From: Verrucomicrobiales bacterium
Lineage (GTDB): Bacteria; Verrucomicrobiota; Verrucomicrobiia; Verrucomicrobiales; V1-33
Reading direction: 5' to 3'
Assembly: GCA_038210825.1 (NCBI GenBank)
Contig: JBBQWG010000017.1
Span: forward strand, 4,855-68,854
DNA length: 64,000 nt
This document shows, in pieces, positions 58,433 to 64,000 of this stretch (position 1 is the first letter of the stretch; each line of letters opens with the position of its first letter). The notes below the pieces were generated by a model, which did no database searches, was not told where the DNA came from, and saw nothing but the letters and a program-made list of their open reading frames with translations. Position numbers and translations under genes: made by a program.

Positions 58433-59551
58433 TTGGACTCCTCACCGCTTTCCCCTTCCGGATTCCCGCCCCGTGCGCGCAGCCATGTCTGGATGCCCGT
58501 GACCTTGGCGCTGCTGCTGCTGCCTTTGGGCGTGTGGAGGTTGAGTGCCCGCCAAAGCCATGGCTTGGCTGATTCGGGTCTGGCGAAGTGCCGGGCCATT
58601 TTGAAGCCATGGCAGTATTCGGAATCCGTAAAAGCCGGCCATCCGGCACCGGCCGCATCGTTGCATTGGCTGCATGCGTCGGTGACCGGCGTGGTGCCCA
58701 GCCTTGCCGTGCGGAACAGCATTCATCAGGCCATCGACCAACTGGAAGGGATCCAGTGCGATCCTGAAGGAATTGCCCAACTGCGGGTGATGCCCCACCT
58801 CGAAGCCAAACGCGATGGCAACCGGATCCTGCTGAGCGGCGAGGTTTCCCTTCGTGAAACCGTGGCCGAGGCGGTCCGGCTGATCGTCCATGCAGAGCCC
58901 GCAGTGGTGGTGGATGCCTCTGCAGTGACGGTGCATCCGGCGGTGCTGCCCGTGAGTCTGCCCCAACGGGTCCAGGATGCCGGGGACCATGCTTTCCTTG
59001 CCAAAACCTGGCCGGCGGTTAATTTTGCCTGGCCGGTGGTTTCGATTGATTTTGAAGGGCGCACTCCCCGCCTTCTGGGCCAATTTCCGCTGCAAAAGGT
59101 GCGGGACCAAGTGGTGGAGGCACTGCGGGCCGCCCGGCCGGATTTGGTGCTGCATGAAGAGGCCGCCGTCCTCGACAGCAGCCTGCCGCCGGTGGATTTC
59201 GCTGGCCCGGACGGAGCGGAATGGGTTCCGCCGGGCTGGCTAAAAGACACCTGGGACAAGTGGATGGTGTATCCCGCTTTGCGGTTGAGGCTGGAACGCC
59301 ACGAATACCGCCTTGATGGACTGGTTCCCAGCACGCCGATCCTGAACACCGTGCTCACCGTGCTGCATCGTCTGCGCCCCGATTTGAAGTTTGCCAAAGG
59401 CGATCTGGAAATCCGCCAGGGTTCGTTGGACAGACCGGTTCTGCTGCCTGCTTCCCTCAAGGGCTGGACCCCGTCAACATGGCTGCAGCCCCTCGTTGAG
59501 CAGGTCTCCACCCTGCCCGTTCCTCCCACCTCACCCACGTCCTCATTCTAA
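58433..59551 (+). CDS. Membrane-anchored protein with four BON-like repeats (start uncertain)
   Basis: TM segment, then VTGVVPS, LSGEVSL, LLGQFPL and LDGLVPS beta-G-x-V-P-helix units. Confidence 0.65.
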   Translation: MDSSPLSPSGFPPRARSHVWMPVTLALLLLPLGVWRLSARQSHGLADSGLAKCRAILKPWQYSESVKAGHPAPAASLHWLHASVTGVVPSLAVRNSIHQAIDQLEGIQCDPEGIAQLRVMPHLEAKRDGNRILLSGEVSLRETVAEAVRLIVHAEPAVVVDASAVTVHPAVLPVSLPQRVQDAGDHAFLAKTWPAVNFAWPVVSIDFEGRTPRLLGQFPLQKVRDQVVEALRAARPDLVLHEEAAVLDSSLPPVDFAGPDGAEWVPPGWLKDTWDKWMVYPALRLRLERHEYRLDGLVPSTPILNTVLTVLHRLRPDLKFAKGDLEIRQGSLDRPVLLPASLKGWTPSTWLQPLVEQVSTLPVPPTSPTSSF

Positions 59552-59552
59552 C

Positions 59553-60191
59553 ATGGAACCTTTTTGGTATTCTATCACCCGTGCCGCCAGCACCCTGATT
59601 CCTCTGCTGCTCCTGGCCTATGGAGCCGGACTCTGGACCGGGTGGATCAAATGGCACACCTGGAAGCGGGAGTATCAGGCTGTGGAAACCGACTACCACA
59701 AACTCCATGACATTCATGACGTGGCCCGGGCCACCATCCCGGAACTGGAACAACGCCGCGAGGCCCTCACCGGAGAAATCCAGGGGCTGGAGGATTTGCT
59801 GGGGCAATACAAGGATGCCAATGAGAAATTTGAAGCCGAGTCCCTCCGGCTGAACCAAAACCTGCGCGCCACCAAGCGGAACTACGAAGCCCTCGAAGAC
59901 ATCTGGCGGGTCAAACTGGCGACGGCCGAACTGCGCATTCAGGAACTGGAATCCCTTCTGCCCCGGGAGTCCACCGCCGCAGGCATGGCGGCCAAATCTC
60001 ATGCCGATCTCATCCCGCCGGGGACTCCAGAGGGACAAGCCAGTGAGGAGGGGCACCGCTTGATCCCCTTCCCGGCCAGCGTGGTGGAGACCGCAGCAGC
60101 GGCTGGCGAAACGGCACCTCCCGCCACGGCTCCAGCGGCGGCGGCCTCCGGCAAAACGTCGCGGAGAATCAAAGGACGCCGCGCGGTGTGA
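59553..60191 (+). CDS. Single-pass membrane protein with a long coiled coil
   Basis: TM segment LIPLLLLAYGAGLWTGW, then a heptad-rich E/K/L region; starts 1 nt after the upstream stop. Confidence 0.75.
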   Translation: MEPFWYSITRAASTLIPLLLLAYGAGLWTGWIKWHTWKREYQAVETDYHKLHDIHDVARATIPELEQRREALTGEIQGLEDLLGQYKDANEKFEAESLRLNQNLRATKRNYEALEDIWRVKLATAELRIQELESLLPRESTAAGMAAKSHADLIPPGTPEGQASEEGHRLIPFPASVVETAAAAGETAPPATAPAAAASGKTSRRIKGRRAV

Positions 60192-60301
60192 GGCCGGAAG
60201 GACCATACCCGGCCGCCATGGGCTTCTGCCCTTGGCCTCTTTCCCATGGTCGATGCTATTAATCGTCCGCCGAACCGCGCTATCCGGGAGAACCGGCTCT
60301 A

Positions 60302-61048
60302 TCAATTACCCTTCCGGTTCCACGCGCCGTGGGCTTCCGCTTTGCTGCGGGCCTCTTCTTCCATCAACAGGTCACGAAACTGGGGGGCGCTCAGGCCGTC
60401 CGGCTGGGCGCGGTCGCATTCCACAATCCGCGCCAGGCCATAACGGACGAGCCATTGCGCCAGATTGATGAGGCCCTGTTCGGGATCCTTCAAATAAATG
60501 AAGGCATAAAAGGCATCATCAGCCGGATTTTTTTCCCATCGCGTCACCACGCGGAATTCATTGGCACGGAGCAGGCCAAGGCTGAACTCGCGGGCCTCCA
60601 GACCGAGGGCGCGGAGCGGTTCCTCACTGTCGAACCCAAAATATCCCGCCATGTCCCGCGCCGCTTCCGGCTGGCCGCCGTCGGTTTCCACCGTGTCCAC
60701 AAAATACAGACAAAACCGGTGCTGGCCCTCGGGGGTCTTGAGCAGGAAAGTGTCTCCCTCGTTAGCCGGATCATCAAGGAGGCTGATTTCGGTAATGACT
60801 TGATACTCGGCCATGGGCTGCCCGTCCGCATTGAGGGGCAAGGAGGGGGCCGGCACCGCCGCTCCGGTCAGGGGCGGCACCGTCACGGAGGGCCCTGCGG
60901 CTTCCACTCCTGCGGTTGGCTGTGCCGCCGCGGCCGCGCTGCGCCGCGCACTGGCGGTCCGGCTGAGCAACCAGCCAATCAACAGCAAGGCCAGCAGCAG
61001 AATGCCGGTGGCAACAAGGGTGAACCGCGTGCTTTTATCCTGAATCAT
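60302..61048 (-). CDS. Membrane-anchored thermonuclease (SNase)-fold protein
   Basis: EGDT, LYFVDTVE, LAQWLVRYGLA and EEARSKAEAHGAW patterns; N-terminal TM segment. Confidence 0.75.
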   Translation of the reverse strand: MIQDKSTRFTLVATGILLLALLLIGWLLSRTASARRSAAAAAQPTAGVEAAGPSVTVPPLTGAAVPAPSLPLNADGQPMAEYQVITEISLLDDPANEGDTFLLKTPEGQHRFCLYFVDTVETDGGQPEAARDMAGYFGFDSEEPLRALGLEAREFSLGLLRANEFRVVTRWEKNPADDAFYAFIYLKDPEQGLINLAQWLVRYGLARIVECDRAQPDGLSAPQFRDLLMEEEARSKAEAHGAWNRKGN

Positions 61049-61155
61049 GGGCCGGAAAAGGGGGTGGGCAAAGTCCCACAGTGCGGACTCCCGGATCCGG
61101 TGCAACGCCCTTTTATCCCTCGACGGCCTGCTGCTTCCGGTCTTTTTTGAAAACC

Positions 61156-61755
61156 ATGACCGACTGGCAACATCAATATGAATCCGGCCAGACCCCATGG
61201 GACCGGGGCGCACCTGCTCCGGCTCTGGTGGACTATCTGAAATCCAATCCAGTGGCGGGCCGGGTGCTGGTGCCGGGCTGCGGCACCGGGCAGGACGTCA
61301 AAGTGCTGGCCCTGGCCGGAGCCACGGAAGTGGCCGGTCTGGACGTGGCCCCGCTGGCGGTGGAGCGGGCCCGCCGTTTCCTCGCCGGTATCCCACGGGC
61401 CATCGTGGAACGGGGGGACCTGTTTGTGGATTGCCACCAGCCCCCCCTCGCCGGAAGCTTTGATCTGGTGTGGGAGCACACTTGTTTTTGCGCCATCCCC
61501 CCGGGGCGGCGCGCCGACTATGTGGAGGCGGTGGCCGCCGCCCTGCGTCCCGGCGGACACCTGTTAGGAGTCTTTTACCTGAACCCATGGGATGAGGATG
61601 AGGACCAGACCCAGGGGCCCCCTTTCGGCACCGGACTGGACGAACTGCGGACCCTGATGGAAACGCGCTTTGATTTGGCAAAAGGCTGGCGTCCGGAGGT
61701 CGCCTATCAAGGCCGGGAGGGCCGGGAATGGTGCGGACTGTTTGTCAGGCGATGA
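61156..61755 (+). CDS. Thiopurine S-methyltransferase-like SAM methyltransferase
   Basis: WQHQY..TPWD, VLVPGCGTGQD, WEHTCFCAI and GPPF motifs. Confidence 0.9.
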   Translation: MTDWQHQYESGQTPWDRGAPAPALVDYLKSNPVAGRVLVPGCGTGQDVKVLALAGATEVAGLDVAPLAVERARRFLAGIPRAIVERGDLFVDCHQPPLAGSFDLVWEHTCFCAIPPGRRADYVEAVAAALRPGGHLLGVFYLNPWDEDEDQTQGPPFGTGLDELRTLMETRFDLAKGWRPEVAYQGREGREWCGLFVRR

Positions 61756-61768
61756 TTGAGGTCAAACC

Positions 61769-63856
61769 TCAACCGAAGGGTGGTGGATCCACCTGCAACA
61801 ACGCCACAAAAGCCTCCGCCACCGCGGCATCATTGAGCACCAGGGTGCCCCTCACCATGCGCGGGCCGGATGCGGTTTCCGCCATCACCGGGGGATCCGT
61901 GGCTTGCAGGTGTTGCGCATAGGCCTTGAGGGATGAATGCCCCTGCGCCAGCAAAGCCCGGCGGTGCAGGATGCGGAACCGGAGGGTTTTGGCAGGGTCG
62001 GTGAGCCGCCGCAGATCCAGCGTGACTCGGCCCATGGTGGTGCGCGGATTGATTTCCACCAGAGGCCGCAGCCGGATCCGGCCAACGGGATCGCGGTATA
62101 AAAAGGCGTCCACGCCAAGATTGCCGTAGAGCCGGTCCATGCCGGGAAGACTGCGCAACAAGGAGGGCAGCGCTTCCTCATACAAAGATTCTGCGCCGGC
62201 CTCCTGCAGGGCGCGGGCGGCCCCGGCGGGAAGAAGGCGGGTGAAGGCCGGTGCCGACTCACAGGCCAAAAACCGTCCCCCGGCATCATTGAGCAAATGG
62301 ACTTGCCCCTTCAGCCGGGGCAGGCTGCCGGGTGTCAGTTCATACTGGCAGGAGAAGTCGGCCACCCGTTCCAGCCAGGCTTCCACCACGACGGCACCCT
62401 GGTGGTGCAGGACCGGACGCAGCCATGTCCGGTCGCGTTCCGTCAGGCCGGAGGTCTGCACCTGAATCAAGCCCCGGCCGGCAATGCCCCATGGCGCTTT
62501 GAGGCAGGCGCGGCTCCATCCTCGCGATGCGAGCCGTTGCAGTTCGTTGGTCACTCCGGTTTCAGTGCTGGCCGGCAGTCCCCAGGTTTCTTCCGGAAAA
62601 TGATGGGCAGCGGCCAAGCGTCGGGCCAGCGCGGCGGCGTTAGTCTTCGCATACAGGCTGCGCTGCGCCTCGTCCCATGGCAGATGCGCGACCACCGCTT
62701 CTCCGGTGTTGCCCACGAGATCCCCCATGACTGCGGCGGAGTCGGCAGACCACGCCCATGGGCGCAGTCGTCCCAGTTTCCGTTGCCTCAAGGGCGAGTC
62801 CAGCTTGATCCGGCCTGCGCCGTTGAGGAGTTCCCACTGGGGAAACACAATGCCCATGTCCCGCAGGGAACGCAAATGATCTGCGGAAGGGAGCCGCCGA
62901 ACGAGGACAACATCCTCTGCATGCAGACTGAAGCACGGCAATAGATCCAAGTCACGCGCAAGGGCCGCAGTCGTCGGGTCCGCGTCTGCCGTCGCGGGGT
63001 CACGGGTCAGGGCGCAGGCTTCCGCCGCCGGGTTGAACCATCCGACCCATGGGGTGCGTCCTTTGCTGTGCGAAAACAGATCAAGGGCCGCAATAAATTC
63101 CTCACTGAATCCGGCCTTGAGCCGGCCCTCGCGGTTAAATGGCACATTGCCTTTGGCCCGGGCCGGTGACAGTGGAAAAGCCATGGTGTCCTGCCACGCC
63201 TCCCAGTCCGGCCGGGCAGGATCCTTCCAGCGCCGGAACCAGGTCAGACCATACCCGACATGCGCGATTTCATCGTGATAGATCCGGTCGAGCAGACGGC
63301 CGGTGCCGCAGTCGCCGATGCGGTGGAACAACTGGCTGTAATGCCGTGCATAGTCAAGGTTTGCCTGTTCAAATGTCAGGCTCAGATGACTGACATAATC
63401 CAGCGGGGTGGCCATGGCCGAGATGCTTTTCCAGAAGAAGCCGTTCACTGGAAGGTCTCCCAGTTTCAAGCCGCCGGCAGCCATGCGCTCCATGTAGAGC
63501 CGGGTGTGTTCCTGTTCCTCGCAAAGCGTGTGCAGCAGTCCGCGCCGGAAGGCAGGAGGAGCCCCCGGAAATTTCAGCAGGGCGAGGGCCATCAGCTCCA
63601 CGGCCAGCAGTTCATGATTGGCAAAGGCATGCAGCAGGACAGCGCGGGCCTCGGACTGGTGCAATTCATCCGCCCGGGGCAACCTGGCCCGCTCGCCCCG
63701 AGCCGAAAATTGCAAGCCCGGCGGACGGCCCGGGAGGTCCGGCAGGTCCACCGCCCCGGCCGGAACAAAGTCCGTCAGCCGGCCCTCGGGCGTCTGCAGT
63801 TTCTCCGCCATGGTATTAGCCAACAACACCCGCTGGGCAAATTCCCGGATTTCCAT
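61769..63856 (-). CDS. DUF455 ferritin-like domain fused to an ATP-grasp domain
   Basis: HAFANHELLAVE, EEQEH, FEQANLD and DEIAH in the N-terminal third; LKAPWGIAGRG, VVEAW, GVDAF and EINPR in the C-terminal part. Confidence 0.85.
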   Translation of the reverse strand: MEIREFAQRVLLANTMAEKLQTPEGRLTDFVPAGAVDLPDLPGRPPGLQFSARGERARLPRADELHQSEARAVLLHAFANHELLAVELMALALLKFPGAPPAFRRGLLHTLCEEQEHTRLYMERMAAGGLKLGDLPVNGFFWKSISAMATPLDYVSHLSLTFEQANLDYARHYSQLFHRIGDCGTGRLLDRIYHDEIAHVGYGLTWFRRWKDPARPDWEAWQDTMAFPLSPARAKGNVPFNREGRLKAGFSEEFIAALDLFSHSKGRTPWVGWFNPAAEACALTRDPATADADPTTAALARDLDLLPCFSLHAEDVVLVRRLPSADHLRSLRDMGIVFPQWELLNGAGRIKLDSPLRQRKLGRLRPWAWSADSAAVMGDLVGNTGEAVVAHLPWDEAQRSLYAKTNAAALARRLAAAHHFPEETWGLPASTETGVTNELQRLASRGWSRACLKAPWGIAGRGLIQVQTSGLTERDRTWLRPVLHHQGAVVVEAWLERVADFSCQYELTPGSLPRLKGQVHLLNDAGGRFLACESAPAFTRLLPAGAARALQEAGAESLYEEALPSLLRSLPGMDRLYGNLGVDAFLYRDPVGRIRLRPLVEINPRTTMGRVTLDLRRLTDPAKTLRFRILHRRALLAQGHSSLKAYAQHLQATDPPVMAETASGPRMVRGTLVLNDAAVAEAFVALLQVDPPPFG

Positions 63857-63951
63857 AGCAGACCACTCTCTGCCGTTATGGCTGGAATTTCAATGGACTC
63901 CGGACAATTTGGCATTATTGACCCCCTGTCGAATTCCCCCCTTCGCCTGCC

Positions 63952-64000
63952 ATGTTTTTGTCCCGCTTTTTCCCTGCCGCTGCCTTCGCCTTTGCTGCCC
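63952..64000 (+). CDS. Start of a probable secreted protein, truncated by the window edge
   Basis: MFLSRFFPAAAFAFAA looks like a signal peptide. Confidence 0.35.
   Translation, partial: MFLSRFFPAAAFAFAA

Overview
GC-rich bacterial chromosomal DNA, almost certainly Verrucomicrobiota. The evidence is one PEP-CTERM and one VPDSG-CTERM protein, a PVC-type CxxCH dehydrogenase, W-x3-DP-x-AA solenoid proteins and a DnaA with a DHGT recognition helix. About 55 CDS are supportable, mostly housekeeping or envelope genes: dnaA, rpsA, argG, hisD, a hisJ-like phosphatase, folP, folD, thiE, xylB, a dinG-like helicase, a dus gene, CBS-PPase, and an amidase/LysM pair. I found no rRNA, tRNA, CRISPR array or intact transposase/integrase. 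The most unusual items are: (1) a DUF455 ferritin-like di-metal domain fused to a complete ATP-grasp ligase; (2) a triple fusion of LMW phosphatase, RpiB and serine hydroxymethyltransferase; (3) a chemoreceptor-type Cache sensor with no membrane segments fused to a LuxR HTH; (4) a four-BON-repeat membrane protein translationally coupled to a membrane coiled-coil protein; (5) a 1.3 kb repeat graveyard at 24.9-26.2 kb with a symmetric REP-like element, a 19-bp tandem array and an Rhs-core remnant; (6) dispersed GGAG-type REP-like elements and heptamer arrays. All family assignments come from motif recognition by eye, with no database searches run. Many start codons are best guesses.
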